Positions 25,195 through 38,109 of a DNA stretch of 64,000 nt are shown here, piece by piece. This DNA is from Atractiella rhizophila. Lineage: Eukaryota. The translations under genes were made by a program, and so were the position numbers. Numbering within the stretch: the stretch's first letter is position 1; every line of letters starts with the position of its first letter. The stretch covers positions 1 to 64,000 of the forward strand of contig MU271353.1 of assembly GCA_021432655.1 (NCBI GenBank), written 5' to 3'. A model generated the notes under the pieces. It was not told where the DNA came from. It was given only the letters and a program-made list of their open reading frames with translations, and ran no database searches.

Positions 25195-26618
25195 TTAATT
25201 TCCAAAGATGTCACTGTTACATAAATAATGGTTAACGTTGCCCGTCGACGGATATATGAACGCGCACTCGTACTCTTCGCCGATCATATCTTCACCAGCG
25301 CCATAAGCCATATCCACGAGCTCTCCAAATACAATGCCTCTGCCCATTTCTTCATAATCCGGACCATTGTCAAACAAAGTCGTATCCTTCTCTTCCAAGC
25401 GAAGCCTACCGGCGACGTTGATAGGTGGCTCGAGGTGTTTCCCAACAACAGCAGCCCAATCCAAACCACGGAAGAAGGGGTGTGCAGTTGCAGACTCTTG
25501 GTTAGGAGAAGAAAGACGCAGAAAGGGGTCTTTAACGAGTAGGGATTGGATAAATGTCCTGAAACACGCATCCGGAATAAGATTTTCGAGGTTCGCGGGG
25601 TATGGCACCGGATCCCGCGCGATAGCCGCAATGCAACCTTCACTTCCACCGAAAGACCTGCAATGCATCAATAAGACATGAGCAATTCAATATAGACGAA
25701 CTTGGGAATGAAAGGTCGGTGGGAGAATGCCATCTCAAACGCCATGGTTCCAACCGCCCACCAATCTGCAGCCGTTGAAGGGTAATCCTTGATCACGTAT
25801 CGCTGGATGTCCCAATCCAAGGCTTGAAGTTCCAAATGCGTGTTGGCGAGTTCAGGAGACATGTATTCAACAGTCCCAAAAGCACAATCCAATTCAATTT
25901 TCTGCCCTCGGTAGATGTGCGTAGCTTTCCCAAAATCTACGAGCTTAATGTGGCCATCAGCGGCAATGAGAACATTTTCGGGCTTGATATCGCGATGGAT
26001 AATCCCCCTTGAATGTAACCATTCAGTGACAGCAACAATCTCAGCCAGGTAAAAGCGAGCGAAGTCCGGGTTTTGGAATTCTTGCCAGTGTTGATCCATG
26101 AGTCGAAAGAGTTCTCCTCCATTCACAAATTCTGACACGAAAAAGGCATTGGAATAATCCTGAAAAGCCCCAAAAGGTCGCGCAATCAAGGGATGCGATC
26201 CGGAATTGCCGATGCAGAGGAGCGTCCGGAATTCGTCTCTGATGAATCGCGCGTCACGAATCTTCTCCTTAGGACAGACCTTAACAGCCATGACAGGAGC
26301 AGGACGACGAAGAAGAAGCGATAGATTCGACATGCTGTTCTCCGTCGCTATGTGGCAATAGCTGCTCGCCCCTGCCGCAAAAATTCGACCAAAGTCGAAA
26401 TGGAAAGCGGAAATGTCTTCGTAAATGAGAAACAATCTCTTCTCCCTTAATTGTAAAGGAAGAGGATTGGGTCGGAGTGGTGCCCACAGTTGCGCAACGC
26501 GTAGAGTAACTGACACTGAGCGCTCTTCGTCCTCTTGGGAATGTTCATCGGGGGGAGATGTCGACATTTCCCGGATTCGAGAAGGCAGAAGTATGTTGTT
26601 ATTGAACAGAGACAGCAT
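25195..26618 (-). CDS. Divergent AGC-group Ser/Thr protein kinase
   Basis: MAVK, SEFVNGGELF, ARFYLAEI, HRDIKPENVL, DFG, GTVEYMSPE, DWWAVG, HPFFRGLDW...PP. One intron at about 25660-25701. Confidence 0.88.
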
Positions 26619-27640
26619 CTATGATACTATTGTTTCTGAAGCTTGGCGTTAGGAGGAGGTGAGAATTCAAAGTGAATCTCTCGGGCAGGGAGAACAGAGC
26701 GTACCGCCCGACTCCTACTGGCAATTGGCAACTTGAATATCCTAGGTGCTGACGCCGACTTTAAAGGGAGGGGGGAGGAGGTCGGCGGGGGGTTGGGGTT
26801 ACAAAGGAGAAGGAAGAGGGAAGGCGGAACAGAGGGCTTTTCAGCACAGGGATGTAAAGTTTGTGAGTTACCGCCTTTATACGCTTTCTGTGCATCCCAG
26901 TTCGCACACACCACCTGGTCAATAGTTGGAAACAGATATTCAAGCTACTGCATTGTTGTGCCTTGTTTCCTTGCTGCCGAATGTCTTCCGGCCCACTTTT
27001 CCGTTAAAGAAACAAGTCGATCACAAGGTAGTGCAGAGAAAGCGTGTTGCGACTTAGAAGGCAACAAAGAAATATGGCATCGGAAGGAACGTGACTTTCT
27101 ATATTTATATAGTACTCCCTTTTTCAAACTCCTGTGGAATAAGCCGATGCTCATCGATATATCAGTAAACACTCTCTGCAATCTTGTGCAAAGAGTGCGT
27201 CGTGATTCCTTTTGCTCTTCTGTTGAAAAAAACATGAAGAAGCCAACTCACAGGACATAGGGGTCTGCTTGATAAAGTTGAAGCATGAACACCAATCTGT
27301 CTGACCGCTAGCAATAATTGATAGAAACATGCAAAGGTTTCGCCTCGTGGGAAAACTGTTTTGAAGAAAGCAGCGAGACGTCACAAGTTTCATTGTCACG
27401 CTGCAACAAAGTCGTCCATACCTGAGCTCGTTAGGTTCTTTCAATTGTACAGAAGCTGGACCCTATAGGTGTTTAACTGCCCTTTCATAGGCTTACAAAT
27501 GAGAATGATGGCTACATTGCAATTGGCAGAATTTCAGATGTCGATACTCTGGTGAAAGTTAGTTCCGGATGTTTGCTAGACTCATCGGGTCCTTGTTGTG
27601 CGCACAAAGGCGACGGAAGCCCAAACGCGTAAACACGACC

Positions 27641-30229
27641 ATGAGCTCTTCGCCCTCTCCCCCACCTCCAGAGCAACCCTCCAGCCTTGTACCAGGAAGC
27701 GATGATGAGAATTTGCCGCGTCCGACGAGGAAGATATCCATAACAGTGAAGGATTTCAATCGGAAGGGTTCACTCAATGTTGCTGCGCCAATTATCAGGT
27801 CGAGAATGTTGCAGAAGGAGGCTCTGAACCCTGAACTGGGGGGAGATGGTACGAGCTCTGTATATGGTAATGGAGAAGAGAAGGGAGAAGCTCTCCAAGA
27901 GAGAAATGGTGGCGCTGCGAATGGCCTCGTCGCATCGTCGGCGCCTGGGATAAGCAGTGAAGAGCTGGAGAGTGCTTCAGCAGCACCACAAACTCAAACG
28001 GACGAGACAAAGGCAACGGAGGAACCTGAACCAACTTCAGCCAAGGTTGAAGAAGCAGTACCAACTCCTCCTGAGGCTTCCTCGGGGTCCGAGTCCGAGT
28101 CGCAAATGAAAGCTAATGGTGCTGAACAGTCTCCTTTGCCAGAGCCGCTCAACAAGGAGTCTGTTATTTCTGCAACCGAGCCATTGAGCTCTAAACATTC
28201 TTCTATTTCCGAGGGAGTCACTTCCGCAGAAGTAGGACAGCCGCAAGCTCAAGACATACCTGCTCAGCTGTCCTCGAAGCAACATGAGCTGCCAGCTCTC
28301 ACCGAAAATCCGTCCTCTTCATCTCTCCCACACTTGCGTGCGGCACCTCCGCCTCCTGTCCCCTCTGCCGACGACGACCACGAACCGCTAGAATCACCTC
28401 CAATGTCTCCCATTACCAAGGACAAAGGCAAAGCTCGGGCGCCGCCGATTCCTGACAAAGTGCCCATCGAACCAACGCCAGAACAAACAAATACTGCTCT
28501 CCAAGAAGAAGAAAAACAGGAGAGACGGTCGGAGAATGGAACTGGTCAGGAGGTGGCGCAATGGAAGTTGAAGACGATTATCTGGCCTCCTAGGAATAGG
28601 GAGGCGACCACTATCAGGATCATCACGCAGAATGAAAATGGCCCATGTAGCCTTATCGCTCTTTGTGAGTCTTTGTTCCGTTCCTTCCCCCTTGCAATCA
28701 GTCCCGAGTGAATTATTACTTCTCTTCCCCTTACTCTTCTCTTACCACATTCGACCGACAAACAGTTTTGTGTGGTGCAGCACTTGGTCCACCGTAGAGC
28801 GCCACTTTCATCTCAATTTGTCGTTCCTTATGGAGCATTATTGACTTCCTTGCTGTTCCTTGACTAGGTAACATTCTGATTCTGCGAGGCCAAATAACCA
28901 TCACCCCGCCGAATAGAGCATCAGTAACCTACGATTACCTTTCCTCCCTTGTGGCCTCACATCTTCTTCAAATGATATCCAACGCCGATTCTCCATCCTT
29001 AGATCTAGATTCAGCTCTTTCCATCCTTCCTAAAACACAATATGGACTCGACGTCAATGTCCGCTTCGGGTCCTGCGATGGGTTCAAGCCTCTCGGGGAT
29101 GGAGATGTGGAAGCAGGAGAGCTAGCGTTGTTCAGATTGGCGGGGATTGAGCTTCTGCACGGGTGGGTTGCAGATGTGCAGGACGAGGATACATGGGAAG
29201 CAGTGGTTGGCAGAGCAGGGGATTATGACACCGCTGTGCAGAGACTCGCTGAAGGTGATGAGATCAGTCGCGGCCTGTGAGTCTCTTTGCCGTTGGACAG
29301 TTTTGAGCCTGATGATTTCTTTTTTAGGGTTGTAGCTGGTGATCAAGTAGGAGAAGAGGAATTGGAGAAAGCTGTGGAAGCGAAGAGATTGTGGACAGCT
29401 GAGCAACAGGAGAAAGTGCGGGACGGTTCGTCTCTCTCATAATCTTAAGGAAACTCCACTCAGTAGGATCTGATAGCCATGCTGATTCGCAATTTCCTGG
29501 ATGCATCCTCCACTCAGCTCACATATCCAGGTCTCACACAACTGCATAACCACCTCCTCCCTGGAGGTCTATGCGCGCTCTTTCGCAACTCCCATCTCTC
29601 TGTCCTTCTTCGAAAACCAGTGTACGAAGAAGCAGCGGACGAACGCGGACCTCAGCTCTTTACGCTGGCTACCGACTCCTCGTTTGTGAACATTGACGAT
29701 GTGGCTTGGGAGAGCCTCCAAGACGTAGATGGAGGGACGTCTGAGTATTATGACGGTGATTTCGTGTCCACTAGGACTGCAGCGAGGAGGAGAAAGGAGA
29801 GGGAGAGAAGAGAGGCTGAGATGGTGGAACAAGCAGAGAGAGACAGAATCCTGCAAGGAGCACCGGAAGGTGCTGATGCAGAGTAAGATATTCGATTCAT
29901 TTCCTGATGTGTATGTATTGAATGTGTACCGCAGTTTGCAGCTGGCGTACAGATTACAGCAAGAAGAGTACGCCCAGGAAGAAGAACAGCGGCAACGACA
30001 GGAGGAAGAGCGCCGTGGACTTGAGGAAGCTATGCGAGTCAACGACGAAGAACAACGACGACGACGATATGAGCGGTCTAGTCGTATCGAGCAAGGAGGA
30101 ATGCCGTACGGATGGCATGAACGGGAAGACGTGCCAACAGAGAGGAGTGAAAGAAGGAAGAGCAGAAGGAAGGATAAGGATCAGCATAAGGAAGATGGGG
30201 AAAAGGAGAAAAAGTGCTGCATCATGTAG
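27641..30229 (+). CDS. MINDY-1/2 family deubiquitinase
   Basis: Catalytic IITQNENGPCSLIALC/NILILRG, GLDVNVRF, LLHGWV, TQLTYPGL, LFRNSHLS, WESLQDVDG; MIU-like LQLAYRLQQEE; C-terminal CaaX KKCCIM. Alternative ATG at 27569. Confidence 0.9.
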
Positions 30230-30440
30230 GTCAGGCGAGTACTTTTCTGCTTGTTCATACTTTGGGCAATAAAATTGACGGACCCCCATAGTTACTAGAT
30301 TCAGTATAATCGACGGACTCTCAATGCTTCAGTTTCCTTGGTATCGTTATGCTAGTGTGTAAGAGGTGGTGTCAGTCCCGTGTAGTATTATAATACAATG
30401 GACATATGGGCATGGTAATGAAGGAGTCAAACATAGGAAA

Positions 30441-31904
30441 CTACATGAATCCCTTCTTCCGATCAACCTGCATCCGAGGTTTCCACTCCCACATATTCTC
30501 TCTTCCAAGCTTCTCCCGCTTCGCTTTCTTCCTCTCGTGTTCATCCTTCACTTTGTTGAAAGCTGCCAATCCTCCACGTACCTCCGGTATTCGAATGGGC
30601 CGTTCAGACTTTGGAATGCTAGACCGTTTTCGTTTGCGAGGTAGTTTCGAAGACGAGTCTGTTGCAGGATCTTGTGCCTCCACCGCTTCAGGCTGCGACA
30701 GGTTGTCAACCTCCGTCTCATCGCCCACAGCCATCTGTTCGTCGTCTACGTTCCCAGACTCCTTCATGGCCTCCTTAATCTCCTTATCCTCCCCTCCCAT
30801 TTCCATATTTCCCCCTTCTTCCCTCCCCTCCTCAACTTGAATGACATTTGCACTTGTTGAAGCTCCATTTGTAAACCTCGAAGGATACAATGGTTCCCTC
30901 CTCAACCACCTCAATTTGAGAGTAAACCTAGGACCGATCTCCTGCAGAACCGTCCTCAGGTCTTCAGTTTCTCCATCCTCAGGTTCAACCCCTTCATACT
31001 TCTCTTTCTTCTTGCTCGCTTCCATCGCGAACTCGGAGCGCGCTTCGAACATGTATCGAAAACGACGGAAGAAGATAAAGTCCCTCGAACAACCGACGTA
31101 GACTACTTGACGTCCTTGTGTGACTTTCTTCAGGTCCTCTTCAGTGTGAACGCGAGGGAAAAGGTCGCGTAGCATCATTCCGACTGTGAGACCTAGAGGC
31201 GTGCTGAAATTGCTCAGAACGAGATCCGGGGGATGAGGCGTTGGGTTGGCGTGGTTGTGGATCTGCTTCGAGAGGCGGACAGAAGTGAGACGGAAGAAGG
31301 CTGTTGGACCGGTTGGGAGCACCGAGAATGTTAAGCTAGCTGTTAAACCAGTACTCTCAACTTCTAACGGAGCAGAAGGAAGAAGGGAAAACGCACAAAC
31401 TGTGCGCTTGTCGAGCCCAACGATGACAATGGCACCATACCCTCTCTTCTCTGCCCAGCCACACACCTTTTTTAACTCCCACCTCCCATCCTTCCGTGGT
31501 CTACAATCCACCCTTTCCTCGCCTCCCCACATGCCCGTCAACTCCTTAAGAAACTGTCTCACCTCCTTCACAATTGGACGCGGAGGGTCAGTTGTAAGAA
31601 GAATCCTGCCACCACCTTCTCCCACCAACCCAGTCAACTCGCCAAGATCCATTTCCTCATCTTCTTTCAACTGAATTGGCGCATCAATACCGCCTTCCTC
31701 CCCTATCCAGCTTTTTGTATTTTCAACTGTCCTAGTCCCTCCTTCCCGCGCAATCTTTAATCGTTCATGCCGTAGCTTTGGATCGGATTTCTCAGCTGCT
31801 TTGCGCTGCAACCGCTCCGTTAGGCGACTCTTGGATTTGACCCGACGCTCTTGTCGAACGATGCTATTCTTCAGCTGGGGATTCTTGATTTTGATGTCCG
31901 ACAT
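30441..31904 (-). CDS. RPF1: Brix-domain ribosome biogenesis factor (Rpf1-like)
   Basis: LPTGPTAFFRLTS, PDLVLSNFSTPLGLTVG, RDFIFFRRFRYMF, LQEIGPRFTLKLRWL, WEWKPRMQVDRKK. Probable in-frame 57-nt intron near 31340-31396. Confidence 0.85.
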   Translation of the reverse strand: MSDIKIKNPQLKNSIVRQERRVKSKSRLTERLQRKAAEKSDPKLRHERLKIAREGGTRTVENTKSWIGEEGGIDAPIQLKEDEEMDLGELTGLVGEGGGRILLTTDPPRPIVKEVRQFLKELTGMWGGEERVDCRPRKDGRWELKKVCGWAEKRGYGAIVIVGLDKRTVCAFSLLPSAPLEVESTGLTASLTFSVLPTGPTAFFRLTSVRLSKQIHNHANPTPHPPDLVLSNFSTPLGLTVGMMLRDLFPRVHTEEDLKKVTQGRQVVYVGCSRDFIFFRRFRYMFEARSEFAMEASKKKEKYEGVEPEDGETEDLRTVLQEIGPRFTLKLRWLRREPLYPSRFTNGASTSANVIQVEEGREEGGNMEMGGEDKEIKEAMKESGNVDDEQMAVGDETEVDNLSQPEAVEAQDPATDSSSKLPRKRKRSSIPKSERPIRIPEVRGGLAAFNKVKDEHERKKAKREKLGRENMWEWKPRMQVDRKKGFM

Positions 31905-33531
31905 CTTTGCTCCATAAATCAGCCGATTTTCCACTTCTGGGTGAATATGTAGCAACAAACAGGCAAGGTCTTCCCGTATTACGACCTTGCTTGGAGCCTC
32001 CTTGGAGATTACTGGTTGCAGAGAATTTTTGGGACCACCTGTGGAAAGAAGGCTCGTTTACGGTAGAGAAAGAAAAGGTGCGAACTTTACTGAACCGACA
32101 TACGTCAGTGCACAGTGCCGAAAGAAGAGATCCTCCTGGCAACTGGTTTTTTTTCCAGTAGAACACGAATACGGTCACAAGAAAAGGGATGAAGAACAGG
32201 CCAACAGGTTGTACTTACTGTGAAGCAAGCATTACTATCCACTATCCACAATTGGTTCGTCTCCTTTGCACCGTGCGTCGTCTGTCTGCCTGAGGTTCCT
32301 TTGTGGCAAAGACGCATAACTTAATGCAAATGAAGACCAAAAACGAAACGCAAGTAGCTACGCGGAAGTTTGAGCTGATTTCCCAGGATGAGAATCGATC
32401 AGCTCCTGGTCATCACGTTTTTCGAATTCACAATCATGTCAGACCGACAACAGTTCAAGGGCTTTCAAATTTCGGGCGTCAGTCAAGCTAGTCCAACAGC
32501 AGCAGCAAATTTGACAAGATTTCATCCTGAGGAATATTGAATCTCAAATCACTGCTTCGTTTCACTGGAAGGGAACTATCCTTGAAAGATCATCGATCAC
32601 CTCTGCATGGTATTTCCATTTCGCTTTTGCCGTAGCCAATTTTACCCATGAATCCCTTTCTCTAACGTGCTTTCATTTATCCTGGTCAGGCGTTCACATC
32701 TCGTAATCATGGATTCAGGAACACCAAGTGGCTGAACTGGATTGGATGGTGCATCGATGATGGACATCACGGGGCAGCATGCTTGTGAGAGAACCTCCGA
32801 TAAATTCGTTCAATCTCTCCACCAAATTGAACGTACCAGTGAACCAACTCACGCTTTCTCCGTCGATGAACTGAACGGTCCCCCGATTCTACTCGGTGAG
32901 GAGCTGCACGCTGTGTCGACTAGTATTTGAAAGTCTCCCTCTGTCTCCCGCTTTCACCATCTAGTTCAACAGCAGACACACAAAGACATTCAGCCGAAAT
33001 GACTGGTTGATTTGGGTGCATCTCATCATGATCAAGCCAGCGATGTCATAACATCCAGCACATCGGAAAAGTCCTAGATTGATTCATTTCGGAAAATTCT
33101 GAATTGATCCGCCAAATCAATCCAAACCTTTCAAGTTGCTAGGCACCCAGTCCTTTGGTTCAACGAGCTGTCTTCACAGAGACTAACTTTCCCCAAATTG
33201 CAGAGTGCTCCATTGGTTGATCGGCCGTTTCTCAAACTTTTTGTCTTGGGCACGATCTAGGAAGGTGAAGCGCTGAAGTTGAAAGAGAGGACGTTGAGAG
33301 GAGGATCCAACTTGAAGGTTTGAAATTGTCGAGCTTGGGTTGGCAGTACCGAGATTTTGGGATTATATTAATTCATAGCCAACGGATCTTGTTCGCCGCA
33401 CGTGAACTTATTTCAGCTCATTTGCAATCTAATTTCCAACCACACCTTTGCTCGCCTTAAAAATCCTTTTAGCTCCTCCTGCACCTATCTGCAAGCTTCT
33501 CCATTCAGCTCCCCTTCGAACACCACTCAGT

Positions 33532-36016
33532 ATGTGCAGCGACCTCCCAGAATGCTCATCTCAGGATCGTGGGCCTCCACTGCTCAATCTCCCACCCGAG
33601 CTTGTGGTGCACATCCTCTCACTCATCTCTCCTCGCGATATCCTGCGTTTCTCAGCAACTAGCAGGAAATCTCAGCCTTTAGCTGAGTCGGAGGATCTCT
33701 GGAGGCGTTTGGTCAAGAAGTTATACAAGCGGTACAGGCGGAGAGAAGATGAACGATGTTTACAATTGGAGATGTTCGGAGAAGGAGCTTCGTGGTTCAA
33801 GATTGGCAAGTGGATGTTTCAACATTCTGCATATTTGGGTTGGTGGGCCTCGAACAAGTCGGACACTGGACGGCTTGTTAAATGTTCAATCGTCGTTCCT
33901 CCTCCTGCCACGGTCGAAGACGGGAAACGAACTTTCCTCCATCCTCCATTAATCCTCGCAGAGCAAGTAAAACCCGTAGACCTCTTGTCAGCGAAACCTC
34001 ACCTTTTCAATCCACCCGAGGGCACTATGGGAGCAAGACGCACGACGATTTATCATCCCTCGCATAACATTTCGGCAGGGAAGACGAAAGAGGTGCTACA
34101 ACCTCAAGATCCATCTCATCTCCACAATTCCTCCTACTCGGACCAATGGCAAGATTTTATAGATTCTGGAGGTTCGCCAGCGTCGATGGGAGAGCTAGAA
34201 GGAGGAGGAAGGACAGACGAAATGGACGCCTATTTTCCGCCAACAGCGTTTGCTCGTGGGATGCCACCGATTCCTGTCCTTTTTGGGCAGACTCATCCGG
34301 ATACCGGAAAATATGAGTTTCCCTTCGTCCTTCCAAAAGGAGCAGATCTGGAGAGAGGGAAGAAAAGTTCATATGTCGTTCATGAGCGCACGGGCCCAAC
34401 CACTACACAACCAGTCAATGTAGACATGGTGCTCCTGACCTGGGCTCACAAGTGAGTGATGTTGCTTCCTATTGTCTCTTCATGTTCAATCTGTGGAGAA
34501 GCTTTCTAGAAAAGCAACGGACGAGTTTCATTTTTAATTTTTTTCACATATTTCCAAAAGCCAAGTACCGCGATTTGATTTTGAACGATCATGTCACTCC
34601 GCTTGGTTCCAAATTTGCAGTTTCATTGCAGCGCTAATTTTTACTATTCACCCAGCGCGATGTTCATGATTGTTCCGCCCAATCCCTCTCCAAAATATCC
34701 TCCCGGCACACATCTCCTCATGCCCATGCAGTCCCAATCTTCCTCCCTCTCTACCCTTCCTGTTTCAATTTCCCTTCAGACCAACTCTTCCGTCTGGCTT
34801 GGAGGACGCCAACGTTCGACACTCCTCAATCTGCTATCCGCCCCACGCTCCAGCCCTTCGTTTCCTACCTCTCAACTTGTGGGTCGACCCGCAGCAGGAG
34901 AGACGTCTGCTTTACGGAGCGTGTCAGATTGGCGGACACAGTCTCTGTTCGAGGAAACTGAAGAGGGCAGGTGGTGCCCCGCCGTCGACGAGAAAGGGAA
35001 TTCCGTGATCGTTCCCAGTTTTAATGTTGCTCCGCCGACAGAAGGAGATGGAGAAGGACAAGTCAAGAAAGGCTTGCTGGCGAGATTTGTGCGAGGATTC
35101 AGCATCATGGAGAATAGTGTGAGGGGAAGAGCCCAGATGGCCGAGTTTGTGGAGGGATTGGGCCTGCCCAATCAAATGTGGCAGAATGATAACAGTGAGT
35201 CTTCTCTGTCTTTGATTTGTGCGAATGTCTTGTTAAGACCAACTTCAGCCTGGCCCATAGGCGAACTCTTCTACCCTATCGAGTCTCCTCAATCCTCCAA
35301 AAGCCATTCTTCGCGACGGCGCAGCTCGTCCCTAACCTCTTCCTCTTCTTCCACTTTTGGCACGATCCCAGCGTCAAGCTTGGAAGGCTTATGGTGCGCA
35401 GTTTTTCGCTAAAACCAACACATGTCAATACATGACTGTAGGACCGGAACTTACGGACCTCATGGGATGGAGGTCGGCCACCTTTCTCTTCGTACGGAAA
35501 CGAGAACGCGAACAGAAGAGATTCCGGTAAACGAAACGAATTTCTCGGTTGCCTCCGACTGGCCAGCAGACGACCTTCCTCTTACCCGCACTGTCACTAC
35601 CACTCACCCAATTTTGCAATATACCAAAGTAACAGGCGACGTCAATGTACCTTGCGGCCAGGTGTCGTGGTACGCCATTCTCAATGAGAATCTCCTCACT
35701 TCGTTACCAACGACTACCAACGCGGAGATGATACGTTGGAGTTATGCGAGAGATGGTGCAGGAGAACAACCGAGGTGGGATGATGTGAAGGTACTTGGAA
35801 GAGGGCAGCGTATGTTTTTCTCCACGCTTCTTGACGACTCTGATTTATACACTAGTTGCCTTCGCGGGTTTCAATGATCCACGATTCACAAATGTTGAAG
35901 TCACCTTCATCCGTTCTCGTTCTACTTTCGATCCAAGAGTTGAGGAAGTAAACGAGATTAACGTCAGGTGGCCAGACCTTCAGAAGGTCTCGAAGTTCAA
36001 GAGGATCATTTTATAA
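33532..36016 (+). CDS. F-box protein with a C-terminal FBXO31/cyclin-D1-binding-like domain
   Basis: F-box LLNLPPELVVHILSLISPRDILRFSATSRK...LWRRL; C-terminal LEGLW/TGTYGPHGMEVG...TKVTGDVNVPCGQVSW...GRGQ motifs. Confidence 0.75.
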
Positions 36017-36474
36017 CGATAACGAAAAACGAACATCAGATCACTCCGTTTCAAATCAAAGTCAACCAATTGCGCATGCAGCATCCCAGCATATATATGT
36101 TTCAGGACGTCCAATTAAGGCCCTATACCGCTTTAAGATCTCTTGTCCATATTTCACTCCATTCTTCGATTTTTCGTTGTTTCTGTTTCCTGTTGGATCC
36201 AGCTGTTACTTGAATGCTTGTATACTCTCATAATGACAATCTCGCATTATGTTTCCTCTCTTACACAGCGATGTGGCGTAGATCTAGAGGTTGGAGCTAC
36301 AATATTGCAGTTTGGCACGTGCCGTAGTGAAATTTGGTGCCGCTAGTTCGAACAGCCACTTCTGCAGCTCTCTCCAGGTATTAGGCTCTCTAAACCAGTT
36401 TCACCCATCAAGGGTATCCAATCCCCTCTCTAGGCTCTGAGCAGGTTCTCAGTTGATTCGGTTGGTTAGTGACG

Positions 36475-37963
36475 ATGGAGGATTCTTCTGCCTTCTCACC
36501 AACATCGGGAACTATTGACCCTTCTGCCACACATTACACCAGTGACCAACAATACCAACCATTAGACGAATATGCATCGATAGAAGAGGGCCACCGGCCA
36601 CCACCTGAAGTTGCAGAAGCTCCGAAGAGAGGACGGAGGAAGAAGGCCGGTCAAAGTACATCTGTGGTGGAACCCCCAGCTGCAGTGCTCAACTTCACGT
36701 ATCAGTTGGGGAGCTTGCAGTCCAGTGCACGCAAGACAAAAAGGAAAAGCAAGGGATTTCCTGGCCCTGTAGATGAAATCCCCACTGCTGATGCAGAGGG
36801 GGAACTGCCTGTTGATGGGGAGGTGGTTGGGGAAGGAATGGATGCGGAGGAGCAGAAGCCTATGGATGACAAATGGGCGGGAAGGGGGGAGAGATGGACT
36901 GGAGAGGACATCAGGGCACTACAAGGGATGACTCTCGATGATCTGGGAGATACGGGACGGCCAGATGAGAAGCCCAGTTATCCCTATTCAGTTTTGATTC
37001 GGTGCGCATTTGTTTCTCTCCTGGGAATGGCAAAGATGGGCTCAAGGTTAAGTCTTGGAAGGCTCGCTATTCTAGGGAGTCCGACGAAGAAGTTGACATT
37101 GGATGACATTTATACTGCCATCGAGACCAGATTCCCGTCTGTTTCTTACCTTCCTTAGATATCTCACCAGTTCAAAGTTGAGGGGACAGGTTCTATAAAA
37201 CTGCTGGCTCAGGGTGGAAGGTTCGTTTCTTGTTTTCTCTTTGCTCTCACCTAAAGTCATCTGGATGATAGCAATCTGTACGACATAACCTCTCCGTCCA
37301 TCAGTGCTTCGAAAAACAGCGTCGTCCGATCTTGTGCGCATTCCCTCCAGACATCTGATTTATCTTTATTTCCTCCTTGTGCAGTGACCCCGGAAAGGGC
37401 TCCTACTGGAGCGTAAACGAGAGTGCTGAGCCCATTACTTATCGTTCCAATCGAAGCGCCCCGAAAAAGAAATACACTCCTCTTTCTGGAATTGATCGGT
37501 CCAAGATTGTTGGTTCTTTGAGGCAAGTTGTTTCTCTGCTAAGATTTGTTTTGGGCTCATTCTGCAATCACAACGTAGACAACAAATGGAAGAGCAAGGT
37601 CACCACCTACCTCCTTATCAGCCTCCGGGTACCGCATTTGGTGAACCGAATGCTCCTCCTCCCATCGCTGTCCTTCCCTTCTACGCAGAGCTAAAACGAC
37701 AACAAGAGGAGCAAGGCATAGTCGGCGCAACACCGGGAGAGGCTAGCGGCAGCGACTCGCAGACTCAGCAGCAGCAGTGGGATGAGACAGACAGATACGA
37801 GGAGGAACTGCTTGCCAATGACCCAGCAATGGATGACAGAGCTATGGATCCTGCGCTTATTGCAACGTCAGAGGGCAAAGGGGAACAGCCGGTACAATCG
37901 CAAGGAGAAAATGGGTACGGAGGTGATATTCCCGTTGATCCCGAAGCTGGACCGCTCTTGTGA
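36475..37963 (+). CDS. Forkhead-domain transcription factor
   Basis: KPSYPYSVLIR/LAILGSPTKKLTLDDIYTAIETRFP...GW...RHNLSVHQCFEK...DPGKGSYWSV. Confidence 0.9.
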
Positions 37964-38109
37964 TTGTTTCAGTGGTTCAAATGGTTTGATTATGTCATCG
38001 TTGCAAAGCATTATGTTACCTATCAATGGACTATGGAAGGTTCACATTACAATACAATTAATTGGCATTGTTCAACAGCTCTCGTTGGAACTTGAGTGGT
38101 GGGGTTCGT

